Shown: piece after piece, positions 1 through 10,565 of the stretch | Numbering within the stretch: position 1 is the stretch's first letter | Layout of the letters: every line of letters begins with the position of its first letter | From: Hyphochytrium catenoides | Taxonomy: Eukaryota; Protista; Hyphochytriomycota | Reading direction: 5' to 3' | Length of the DNA: 35,820 bases | NCBI GenBank assembly: GCA_900088475.1 | Contig: FLMG01001900.1 | Location: 1-35,820, forward strand | Program-made: the position numbers and the translations under genes | The notes under the pieces: generated by a model | Told to the model about the DNA's origin: nothing | The model's input: the letters and a program-made list of their open reading frames with translations, nothing else | Databases searched by the model: none

Positions 1-252
1 ACGAAGAAGAAGCATGAGCAGGTAGGCGCTTTTCTTCTACGCATGGGCCTCTCGTCGCTCTCTGCATACAGATAAATGCGTCTCTCTTCGCTCTCTCTCT
101 TTTCTCTCGCCCTCTTTTTCTCCTCCCTTTCGGGCTTATTGGGCAGCCAAAGCTACTATGTAACCCTAAGCTCTGCAGCTCTTTCACCCTTGACAGGTAC
201 TTTGCACCTGTATTCCTTTTCCTTTCTCTGTTGCGCGCACGCTCTCCGTCTT

Positions 253-285
<33 letters not shown>

Positions 286-347
286 GTGTCTCTGTCTCTG
301 TCTCTCTCTCTCTGCGTCTCTGTCTCTGTCTCTCTCTCTCTCTCTGC

Positions 348-394
<47 letters not shown>

Positions 395-3203
395 ACACGT
401 CTCCCTCTGCCCCCACCCACCATCTCCCTTTGTCTGTCTCTCTTCCTCGATTCCTCTCCCCACCTCCATCTCCCTTTGTCTATCTCTCTATCTCTCTCTC
501 TTTCTCCCCCGCGGTTGCCCATCTTCTAAGATTGAGATGCTGGAGAGTTTGACACACGAGGTTGAAGAACGGCGCGCCCTTCTACTCCGGCGCCAGGAGA
601 GAAAGGAAGAGAGAGAAGCCAGACGGCGCGTGCATGAGGCGGCCCAAAGGATCCAAGGAGCCTGGTATCAATCCTTCCTTTTCCTTTCCTTTTTTTACCG
701 AAGACAGAAGAAAGAAAATCTGTGTGCGCCCTCCACTATCCGCTCGTCTCTCTGTCTCTCGGGTTTGTCTTTCTTCCACGCTGTTACTCCTAATGCACCG
801 CTTCGTTCTTTCTCTCATTCTATTTGATGTTTATTCACTCACTCACCCTCTCTCTTCCCCTCTATCTTTCACTCTTCTTTCTCTCTCTATTCATTCGTCG
901 CTTTTTCTCTCTCTCTTTACCTTTCTCCCTCTCTCTTCTCTCTCTCTGCCGCCTTCTCCCTTTTTTCTTCTCCTCTTCTCTCTTCCCCCTCTTTTCACTT
1001 CCCTCTCTCTCTTTCGTAAGGCGGCGATATTATAATAAAACGATAGCGTGCCAAGCCGCTACGATATTGCAATTGGTAGTCCGATCTTTCCTACGGCGGC
1101 GGAGACAGCGGAGGGAAGAAAAGAAGAGTGTTATTATCTCTCTCTTTCTCTCTCTTCACTATCGCAGACGGTATCAAGCACAACGGAAAGCCATCATCCA
1201 GGTCTCAGTCCAAGTCATCTCCAACTTCCTGTCTCTTCCTTCTCATTACGCAGTTATAGTATCTTCTCTAGGGTCTCTTACCTTTATCTCTCACTCCTGC
1301 ACTTCCCTTAATCTCTCTTTCTCTTTCTCTTTCGAGAGAGAGGGATTCTGTACTCTTTCCTGTTCCATGCAGGGATTCACCTCTTCCCCCAGATCTCGCA
1401 TTTCTTCTCTCTCTCTCTCTCTCTCTTGCAACCTTTGTCTCTCCTTGAGAATCCCTTATCAGTTGTGCTCCACAGATTCAAAGCCTGGTGAGGAGACGAA
1501 GGGCCAAGAAAGAACTTACAGTTCTAAAAGACAAGAGAGAGAAAGAGAGACGGAGTAAGGAGAGGATTCTTTCCCTTTATCGCACCTACAAAGACCGACA
1601 ACGAGGGAGAGAAGTAAGAAAGAAGCTGAAAGCTCTTCGTGCTCGAGAAGAAAGTTCTGCATTGGTCATTCAGCAGTGGCTTCGCTCTCTTCCTTCTTTT
1701 CTGTCAAAGAAGAAAATGCCTGGACCTGAAGTGGAGTCCATCTCTCTTTCTCAGAGAGACGATTGGGAGTCGTCTTCTCTCTCTCCCTCTTCAGGTTCTG
1801 TCTCTCCCTCTCTTGTCTCCCAAGAATCCAGAAGAAGTAGGAGAAGCCTTCCGTTTGCAGGGCCATATAGCAAGAATGACCCTCAATGGAGAGAGAGAAG
1901 AGAAAGAGCGTACAACCAGCAGAGACAGGAAAGGTAAGCGCTTTCTCGATGCCCCCGCTGACTGTCCCACCTTCTCTCTCTTACTCTCTTGTCGCTATTT
2001 CTCTCCTCTCTCTCTCTCTCTCCTGTATGCCGTTGACTTCCTCCTCTCCCTCCTTGATGCAGTTTTCTCTCATTTCTTGATGCCGCTCTCTCTCTCTCTT
2101 GCCTCTCTCTCTCTCTCACTTTCATGCCGCGCCTTCTCTCTCTCATGCCGCTCTCTATCTCTATCTCTCTTTCATGCCGCTCTCAATCTCTCTTTCTCTC
2201 TCTCTTTCATGTCGCGCTCTCTCTCTCATGCCGCTCTCGATCTCTCTCTCTCTTCCATGCCGCGCGCTTCTCTCTACTTTCTCTCTTACATCGCCCCGTG
2301 TTCTGCCTCTTCTCTGTCTTCCTTTGTTATCCCTATCGTGCACGAATACTTCATCGCTATCTTTAGACGGCAGACGCTACTTGAGCGAAAGCGGAAGGAA
2401 GAGGAAGAAGCGCTAAAAAGACTCGTGGAAGAAGAAGAGAAGAGGAGAGAAGAAGAGCTGAAAGAGCTGCAGCTTTTGCTCCTCCACGCACAGCGGCAGA
2501 GAAAGGAAGAGGAAGAGAGACTGGCCCGGCTGGTGCATCTCCAATCGCAGAAAGAGAGAGGTCAAGCCAGTGAGGGAGAGAAGAGAGAAAGGCCAAGCCA
2601 AGTCAATGTCCTTCCTCCTCAAAGATCGAAAGTGGAGGAGAAAGAGGCAGCGAGAAGAGGAAAAAGCTTGAAAAAAGGAGGAAGAGAGAGGCTGTCACCT
2701 GAGAGTCATAGCTCGAACCAGGAACGGTAAGGATGACGATGAAACTTGTTGTTCGTGGCTCTACCCATACTTTTCTCTATCTCTTTTCTCTCTCATCTCT
2801 CTCCCTTATCCTCCCCAACGGTCTCTTTCTCTCCAATGAGCTCAGCTATCAGCTATCATAACTGGCATCTTACCTGAGCCTCTTTCTCTGTCTCTCCTCT
2901 CTTTCTCTGTTGAATAATATCTACAGAGAGGTAGCAGACTCGGACAATGGGAGAGAGCGAGAGCGGAGAGAGTCCTTCCGGATGTCAAAGATAAATAGAC
3001 TGAAAAGAGCCATAGAAGAAGCACGGGAGATGGGCATGCGTCTGCAGAGTCTCTCCAAAGCCGATGAAGAAAGAGGAGGTCAGAGTAATTCTCCCTCTAA
3101 ATCTCTCTCTTCTCAGCCTGTGCAAGCTCCTACGTTAGAAAAACAACCAAGACTGGGTCAAAGCATTCCTCTCTTTGGCACGGTGGCTCTCCCCGAGAGC
3201 TAA
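1..3203 (+). CDS. IQ-motif (calmodulin-binding) / charged coiled-coil protein, 5'-truncated by the window
   Basis: An exon ends at 21 (GCAG|gtaggc). Exons 531-664, 1021-1201, 1476-1933, 2367-2726 and 2927-3203 join in frame via GT-AG introns. IQ-like motifs: AAQRIQGAW|RRY, AATILQLVVRSF, KAIIQ|IQSLVRRR and SALVIQQWLRSL. Stop TAA at 3201-3203. Confidence 0.75.
242..391 (+). repeat. (CT)n/(CTCTGT)n microsatellite, representative of dozens of such tracts in the window
   Basis: Direct inspection. Other long perfect tracts include about 10415-10470, 18775-18823, 26636-26681, 29470-29514, 33469-33525 and the window end. Confidence 0.95.
2020..2275 (+). repeat. Compound minisatellite (ATGYCG core + (CT)n spacer) inside an intron
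   Basis: About 8 copies of (C)ATGCCG(C)/CATGTCGC separated by CT tracts of variable length. Confidence 0.7.
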
Positions 3204-3569
3204 AGACTAGGGAAAGACCTATGTACACATAGTTCCCTTCCTATCGTGGCGGTGACACTGTCGTCTTTGCCGTAGAAGGGAAACCGTGGCCCGTAATATT
3301 TAAGCAAAGTTATTCTGCATTCTTGCGCCTTAGCAGATCACATATCGCTTTCGTTGATCCTTTCTCTTCTGTTTCCCTCTGTCTTTTCCTGCTGCGCCTC
3401 TCTCTCTCTCTCTCTCTTTCTTGTGTGGTCTCTCTGTGTCTCCTTCTCCATCTGGCCAATTCGTCTTCTTCCAGTTGTCTTCCAGAGCCAACGGGCCCCG
3501 GACCGTAGAGTGGAAGTACGTCCAGGTCTCTACTTCTGCTGGTGGGCCATTTAGGGACATGCCTACCAA

Positions 3570-6500
3570 CTATTCAAAAAGCAAGCTGCAGGCCAGGTCG
3601 AGGTTTCCTCCTGCACTTCTGAGCGCCTGAACAGCCTACATTGAGGAAGATACGGAAACACTTAGGCGTACACAAACACCAGTGACATTGACGATAACTG
3701 GTATCAAGCAAAGACGAGAAAGTTGAAAGAGCTCTAAGATTTCAGTGTACGAAGCATTGCCTCCACAGTGCGGCGTACCTGATGCCTGGTGAAGGCCATA
3801 CTCACTAAGTGATTAACGTCGTGCTCTGAAACGTCCCCGGACTGTGAAGAGGTAGCGGTAGTTGGAGCCGGAGCCGAGCTTGATGCGGGGGTGGAAGAAG
3901 ATGAAGAGCTAGCAGAGTGCGCGGAGGGGGCAGAGGCAGGGGCAGGAGCAGCGGATGGAAGAGGAATCATCTCCGTCTGCGATGGCCCATCGTGCACGCT
4001 TGATTGAATATCTCTCTGATTGGCTGGTATTTGCTGATAATCAGAGATTTCAGAATAGTATGTGGAAAGCCTCACAAGGACTTGTGAAACAAGTAGGAAG
4101 AGGAGAAAAGGGAGGGCGAATGGAGCCAAAGAAAGAAGAATGACACAAGACGACGAAGAGGACAAACGCAAACAGGGTTGTTTTGCAGAACACAGCTGAC
4201 ATGTAGGACAGAAGATATTACATAGCCAAGAGGAGAGAGTGACGCGAGCTTCAGGGAGAATAGACGCACATGTTCAGCCAAGAAAGGAACTTCTTCTGTG
4301 CCCGACGGCCCTTCTAAGCAAAGTACGTGTCGCTTCAGGTCAATAACGCACTGCGACAATGAGTCGTTAGTTCAGTAGCTCATGGCCGTTGATGAGCCCA
4401 GCGTGGTAAGAAGGCGGAAAGACGGAAAATCGAATAGGACCTACAGTGAATGACGGATGACCCTGCGCTAGCTATGAAGCGAACAGTCTAAAACAGTAAC
4501 TTCTCTATGCATTCTCCTCACCTGGTGCCGCTTAAGCATGTCCAGACCAAAGAGAAAGTCCATATCCTGAAAAGATTAAATTCATTCAGAGGAACAGTTG
4601 TCAATTGGCCGACTGCGTGCTCTTTCTCATCCGCTACTGCCACTCATCACGGGCTAACTACGAGCAGGTCACCAGCATTTTTGCGTTCTGAGCAACTCGC
4701 TCCACCATTGGACTCATCTTACGTTCCGGTCCAATATTGTGAAGGTGCAATTGAAAAACGAGCTCCCGATCTTCAGAGGCGCCATATGTACCCTTCCGAC
4801 GATGTCAGCAGTGCCTACACCAACAGCCTATAGACAGAGTCGTCTTATTTTTTGTATACTCTAAAGAGTTTCAAGAAAGGAACCTAGACTAGCTTGAACG
4901 ACAAGAGGGGAAGGACGTTACCTTTCCTGCAAAACGTCTATCAACCAAGCGCATAATCCCACATCTTTCAGCGCAGGCCTGTGCACATATGATTTGGGAA
5001 CGGCGAAAGATTGAAACAGTCAGATTTAGCAACTGATGATGAGCCAAGGTTTAAAGAGGGTCCATATCTCAAAGTGGGTTAAGGCCGAAGCCGGAGCCGC
5101 ATGAGTTTATCAAGCAATCAAGAGAGAAGGAAGGTAAGGAGAAGTGCAGGATTAGGGTAGGCCTGCGGTCGACGCTGAAATTCCCGAAAGGGACCTTCTA
5201 GATAGTTGACGATAAGGGAAAGGGAGAAGAGCTTTGTCGTACCACCGACATGATAGTGGATTGGGCTCCACTATCAACAAAAGCCTTCAGCGGCACTCCG
5301 TTTACAACTGCATCTACATATAACATGACCACGCGGCCAAAGGCCTAGACAAGCAGAATATTAGCGCGAATGGGTTCCTCGATAGAGTTGAGCGGACAGT
5401 ACGACGCAGATGACCTTCCAATGTCAAAATGAGATACAAGAGCAACTCTCAGGGATACTTGCCTCTGGCATCTCTTCCATGGCTAGCTTGAGATTCTCTT
5501 CCACATTACCCATTCTGATTCTCTCCTCAATTTGTCGCTGCGCCTCAGCGTCAAATGGGTTTGCTTCAAGGCGAGCAATCTATAACGAGGAACGGAGCCA
5601 CACAGTAGTAAGACACTGTAACACGTCAAAAATCCAAGCAGAGAAAGAGAAAGAAAAAACAGGGAGACGAAGAAAAGGAGAGAGAGAGAGTAAGGAGAGC
5701 GAGAAAGAGATAGGGAGCCGGACGAAGTCACACTTAGAGAAGTGTTGCACCTCTTGTTGTTCCTGCCATTGTTGCGTCGCGCGCGACATTTGGATCTTGA
5801 GAAGGTGAAAGCGGACTTCCTGCATGTCACACCAAGAGTTAGTTAGACGAGAAGGAGTTACAGAGATAGGTTTCCAGGCCCTACGCGGTTATAGAACTAC
5901 GGAAAGCGGCAGAATACGTCTACTTAGCAGCATAAAACAGCAATAACGCTTTAAAGCGCCAAAGAGAATGGAAAGGGTACACGTCAAGTGCCTCGAGGAG
6001 AGTATACCTGGACATTATTGGTTCGCACAGCCTCTGCAAATTTTGCGTTTGTTGATTCAAGCTACGATCAGATTAAGGTGAGGACACAGAATGGTCCCAC
6101 GTGTCAGCCAGCCATAGCGCGAATAGCTCCCTCCCACGGTGAAGTCACTCCACCCGGCAGACGGTGCCTTTCAAAGCCCAGCTTCCAATCTATATCTCCC
6201 GTCTTGCCATATATTCCTGCTACTAAGAGGCGCCCGTTCTTGCACTTTCCTTTCTACTGACATCACCAGCCATAGTGTCCTACAACCCCTAACTTCAGCC
6301 ATTTAGTCCTTTTATTCTTACATTTCTAAGTAAGTTTGGGTTGGCCTGCAGTATCCTTATCAGTAGTTCTGGAGAACAATTAGGCTGCCAGGATGAGATG
6401 CAAAGGTCAGCATCACAGATAAAGTAGCAATTAGCGGATAAGTAGTGACTGAGAGAAGAGAAAGTGACGCGAGAGAGAGAGATCTGTGGATTAATGTGTC

Positions 6501-7105
6501 AAAGCCACCCTGCACCATGAAGAGTCTGAGAGCCGCGTACCGGTATGTCTTCCCAGGTCAGATTGTTAGGGATTACGTCGGAGTCACTGAATGGGTTCGC
6601 TGGCTGCAGAAGATTCGCTGCAGGTATACTGAAGGGCTGTGTTGACGCAGATGTTGGAGGAGTTCTCTGTGTTGGCCGTCGTGCCACGACAATGAGGTCA
6701 TCGTTCTTCACTCCGACCGCATCAAGCTTGAGTTGTTATTGATGGGCATCCAAATTAGGCGTCTTGACTCTAGGTTTGGAGGAGAAAAGACACTGCGCAC
6801 CTTTGAATCGTCTGGTACCGACTGTCCGTGAAAGAGCAAGAGCTGGTCTGCTATTGGGATGCCCAACTATAATGTGCCATGAAATCGGAGACGGGGATCT
6901 CAGTTATCAAGCAGGGCTAGACATGCCTCCTAAGCTTACCTCCACTTCTACCAAAACTTTAACGTTCGCTACCTATGAGGACGTGGTTAGACGTCATGTT
7001 ACCGATCCGATTCACCGTAGCTAGTGAAGCCCGTCTTACCCGCTCATCCTCCGACACCTCGATAATGCGAAAGTTAGTGTCCCCGTCACTAATCGTAACG
7101 CGCAT
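3570..7105 (-). CDS. DDI1: DNA damage-inducible protein 1 (UBL - helical domain - retroviral-like aspartic protease - UBA), 15 exons, about 454 aa
   Basis: Exons 7105-7040, 6972-6940, 6866-6801, 6726-6541, 6384-6322, 6061-6008, 5819-5751, 5579-5463, 5344-5243, 4978-4922, 4827-4723, 4566-4522, 4350-4270, 4033-3779, 3635-3570. Translation includes the UBL ([15 protein letters not shown]...[14 protein letters not shown]), [29 protein letters not shown], the catalytic motif [31 protein letters not shown], and the UBA ([31 protein letters not shown]). Confidence 0.97.
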
Positions 7106-7777
7106 CGTAGATAAAATCCTGCTCCAGCCACCGTCTATAACGTCCTTGTCGAGCCGCGGTGGGAACCCTCTACAGTTGCCTTACTTCGCCACAAAACTTC
7201 TGCTGAAGATGAAGCCAGACGTCCCACAAACAGGATGAGTTATACCAAGCCTTTCCGAGCTTGACACCTCTTGCTTTCGATAGAAAATATCCTTAGTATA
7301 CCGTGCTCGCCGACGTGAGCTGATACTATTGGAAGAAGCGACGTGAGAAGAAAGAATCATCGGAATTCGTCTGCAATCCTTTCTGAAGCTCCAGCTGCAG
7401 CGGCGAAAAACGGATAACTTTGGGAACCAAATATCAAAGAGAGATCTTGAAGATCAGTAACCGATAAACTGATAGGTGAGGTCTGATTGGCGCTTTTGAC
7501 AAAGGGCTTTGAATCTCCAAAATTATTGATGCAAAAATCTCTCAAAAATCTCAATCTGGCGTTTGGGACGGAGGACAAGCTTCGCCCCGGAGGTTCCGAG
7601 GAGACGTGAAGTGGAGGAAGCGGGAGGTTCACCTGCCACTCGAGCGGAGTGGAAGTATCCATTAAACTCGTAGAGGGTGGCGGTTCGTCAGTGACGAGTC
7701 GCGGAGTTTATCAGCTAAGGGCAAGCAGTCCTCCTCCATCTTCCTCCATTCATTAGTTTTATAATTATGAGTTGAGC

Positions 7778-7815
7778 CATATCCCACCTTCAACCTGCAT
7801 TAACACTATGTATAG
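7778..7815 (+). promoter_or_regulatory. Possible snRNA-type external promoter (USE-like ATCCCAC plus TATA-like TATGTATA)
   Basis: ATCCCACC at 7781-7788 resembles the RTCCCACATCG upstream sequence element, and TATGTATAG lies at 7807-7815, just upstream of the structured element. TCCCAC also occurs by chance elsewhere (about 4957 and 19594), so the evidence is weak. Confidence 0.3.
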
Positions 7816-8105
7816 CACCAGGTTTCCTCTTAATGTTGGCTGTTTGTGCCAAGGAGGTCTGTTGTGTCGCCTCTCTGAACTGAGCAACTTGGGCGGGCGG
7901 GTGCAGTGCGCTAACTAAGTTGCGCTGCTGCGTACATTCAATCCCGCGGGCTTGGTCTTGCCCCATTTACCTCACGACTGGCCCTTGAATGAGTTCCTCT
8001 CGGCGCACCCACCCAATTGTGGCGTGCTGCTCCAATATGAGACAGCGCTCATATGTTGGGGCAGTTGACAATGGCAACCGGGCCAGGAACAGAGGAGCGG
8101 CTTTT
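7815..8105 (+). ncRNA. Candidate structured non-coding RNA, family unidentified
   Basis: At least six helices seen by eye, many containing G-U pairs that only form on the + strand. It ends in TTTT (8102-8105), and the supplied track shows no ORF here. Confidence 0.5.
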
Positions 8106-8120
8106 GAAGCGTACGGATAG

Positions 8121-9358
8121 CTAGTAGAGCTGCCTTCGGGTTACTGCTCTGGTTTCTGACAATGTGAGCTGGACTGAAGTGCTCAAACCCAGGAGAGACA
8201 TGACTTCAGTTATGGACTTCCCCGCCAGCCGAACTCCATTGATTCTCTCCTGCAGCCGATAGCAGTGATGAGAGTAAGGCAAGGAGCGTCGCGCTGAGAT
8301 GGCGTGACTTAGACTGACAGAGAGCGGACTCGAGGAGAACAAAGAAGCTAAGGTGCTTGAGCTCAAGAGGCAGGAAAGGATAACAATATCTTGACCTCCA
8401 GGGAAGGAAAATGAAAAGAGAGAGAAAGAGACAGAGACAGAGAAGAGAGAGAGAGAGAGAGAGAGAAGTAAAGACAGAGAGGGAGAGAGAGGGATGAGAG
8501 GAGAGAAAGGTACTAAGGAAAAAAGAGCCTACCACGATATCGTAAAGCTTAACGTCTGCTCGCGCCGCTGGACCCATTGCATCTATATCCAGAATGCAGA
8601 AGCTACCATCTGGCATCTTCAATAATCCAGTTTATCGCGCGCAGGATTAGGTCAAAAGCCAAAGGTCCAAGGAGAAGACGAATGTGAGAGAGGAGAGAGA
8701 GAGAGAGAGAGAATTCGGTAACTAACATCAAAGAGCACAGCTTCCAACTAGAATACAGAGGGAAGAAGAGAAGACAAATTGCGGAATGAAGCTGAGAGAG
8801 AGAGAGAGACAAAGAGAGGAGCAGACGAATTACTTTCTTGATCCTAAAGCCTAAGGTCTGCCGCCGAGTATGTGGATGAATGTCTTTCTTTAGGAATATT
8901 TGTCGCCCCTGTGGCTTAACTTCTAAAGCACAGAGAGGAGAGAGTTGCAGTTACATCGTCACTTCTCAAGGAGGGAGACGAGAGGCATAGAGAATTATAG
9001 AAAGAAGGAAGTTCACGGAAAGAGGCAAACGACAGAGAGAAAAGAGAGAAGGGCCACAAAACTGAGAGAAGACTCTTATGGGTAAGCAGGGAGCCGCCAC
9101 AGAGATGCAGAGCTTATTGAACATCACTGTGTAGACAGCACCAGGACAGAAAGACAGAGGTTTGAGAGAGAGAGAGAAGCGAGAGAAAGGAGTGAGTGAG
9201 AGAGAGAGTTATCTGGTTTGTTACCTCCGAGATTCTCTGTTCTCTTATGAAAATCCTCGGTCTCGTGTGCCTCCTGATCGCATACAAGCTTTTTCGGCCT
9301 CTTTCCATAATTAATGTTCACAGACCAGGCGGAGCGTCCACCCGTGACAAGCGGTCAA

Positions 9359-9398
<40 letters not shown>

Positions 9399-9692
9399 AT
9401 GCAAGAGAACCAAGTGAAGGAACAGAAAGCACAGGTAGAAACAAAGCAAGACAGATAAGTAGCATAGCACTGGAGAAGAAAGAGAGAGCGAGGAGAGAGA
9501 GGGAGGGAGGGAGAAAAAGAGAGAGAAAGAGAGAGAGACAGAGAGAGACCCAAAGGCCAGCAAAAGAGAGAGATGGAATACGCAAGGGAGAGCGGAAAGA
9601 GAGGAAAGAGGGAGAAAGCGGAGGGAGAACGAGATACATAGATAGATAGAAAGGGGACGACGCAGAGAGAGCGAGAGAAAAGAGAGAAAGAG

Positions 9693-9723
<31 letters not shown>

Positions 9724-10394
9724 GAGAGAAAGACACAGAAAAAAGACGCGGACCAGAAGACGAGGAGGATGGGGGGAAAGGGGCGGGAGAGGAAGTCGGC
9801 GTGAGGAGAGGATAGATACCAGTTGCGTGCGAGCAGGCTCAGAGGACCGCGGGATGGCCTTCCTGCAGTAGGGACAGCAGCGGCTCTTCCGAGCCCAGAG
9901 CTCCCAGCAAGCCCAACAGAGGAGGTGAGCACAGGGCAGAGAGGCCACGAGCTCAGGCTGAAGGAGAGAGAATGCGAGTCAGAGGAGCTGACCGGGTGAC
10001 TAAAATATGAACACGTCAGAAAGACGGGAAGAGAGAGGAGGAGAGAGAGGGAGAGAGACAGAGAGAGAAAGAAATGCGAAGAGAGAGGAAAAGAACAAGG
10101 AGAAGTGGGGTTGTGGAGAAGGGATTGCATGGCCAGAGGGATGGGGAAGAGAGAAGAGAACATAAAGACTCACGTCAGAGGTGGTGAGTTTGTCTCTCTC
10201 CCCTTTTCCATCCCTTTTGTTCTTACCTCTTCAAGGCAGACGCAGCAGATGACAGTCACATTCTCTTTTCCTTCTCCACCATGTGGCCTCTCTTTCCTAG
10301 TGTCCTGAGAAGAGTCATGATGACAGGGTAACCTGGCTCTGAGATGTGCTCCATCTTCAGAAGCAGATGATGGGCGCTCCCTTTTCCGTGACAT
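8121..10394 (-). CDS. C3HC4 RING finger + PDZ domain protein (putative E3 ligase), about 227 aa
   Basis: Exons 10394-10227, 9957-9820, 9300-9225, 8922-8834, 8616-8533, 8249-8121. RING: CCVCLEE|PELVASLPCAHLLCWACWELWARKSRCCPYC. PDZ: QTLGFRIKK...ILDIDAMGPAARADVKLYDIV|ERINGVRLAGKSITEVMSLL...VQLTL. Exon 3 is the least certain. Confidence 0.85.
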
Positions 10395-10406
10395 TTTGGG
10401 AAGGTC

Positions 10407-10480
<74 letters not shown>

Positions 10481-10565
10481 TCTATGGATATCTGTCGTTC
10501 ACGAGAGAGACAGGAGCGAAGCCTCGCCCCATCTTACAGAGAGATGCACGGGAGAGAGACTACTG
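10481..10565. repeat. Dispersed 85-bp element, copy A
   Basis: Ungapped match to 24118-24202 with 10 mismatches in 85 nt. Confidence 0.9.

Noticed and set aside
4270-5344. Retroviral-type aspartic protease as a sign of an LTR retrotransposon
   Set aside because: It is the RVP domain of cellular DDI1, flanked by UBL and UBA domains and split by introns, with no RT, integrase or LTRs.
3570-7662. Stop-codon reassignment (TAA/TAG read as Gln) to explain fragmented ORFs
   Set aside because: Introns explain the fragmentation, and TAG, TAA and TGA all terminate conserved proteins at the expected places (DDI1 TAG, SerK-like TAA, ABHD TGA).
7357-7662. 101-aa minus-strand ORF upstream of DDI1
   Set aside because: It has no recognisable motif and no convincing splice connection, and DDI1 already has a proper UBL start at 7105.
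7815-8105. Specific assignment of the structured element to RNase P/MRP, SRP, U3 or telomerase RNA
   Set aside because: GGAGGTCTG with GAGCGGCTTT could form a P4-like helix, but P1 and the CR-II to CR-IV motifs are not evident. There is also no SRP helix-8 GNRA/AGCAG, no C/D boxes and no standard telomeric template.
10481-10565. The 85-bp element as a tRNA or tRNA-derived SINE
   Set aside because: It has a 5-bp stem with a 7-nt loop, but no TTCRA T-loop/B box, D-loop GG or acceptor stem on either strand.
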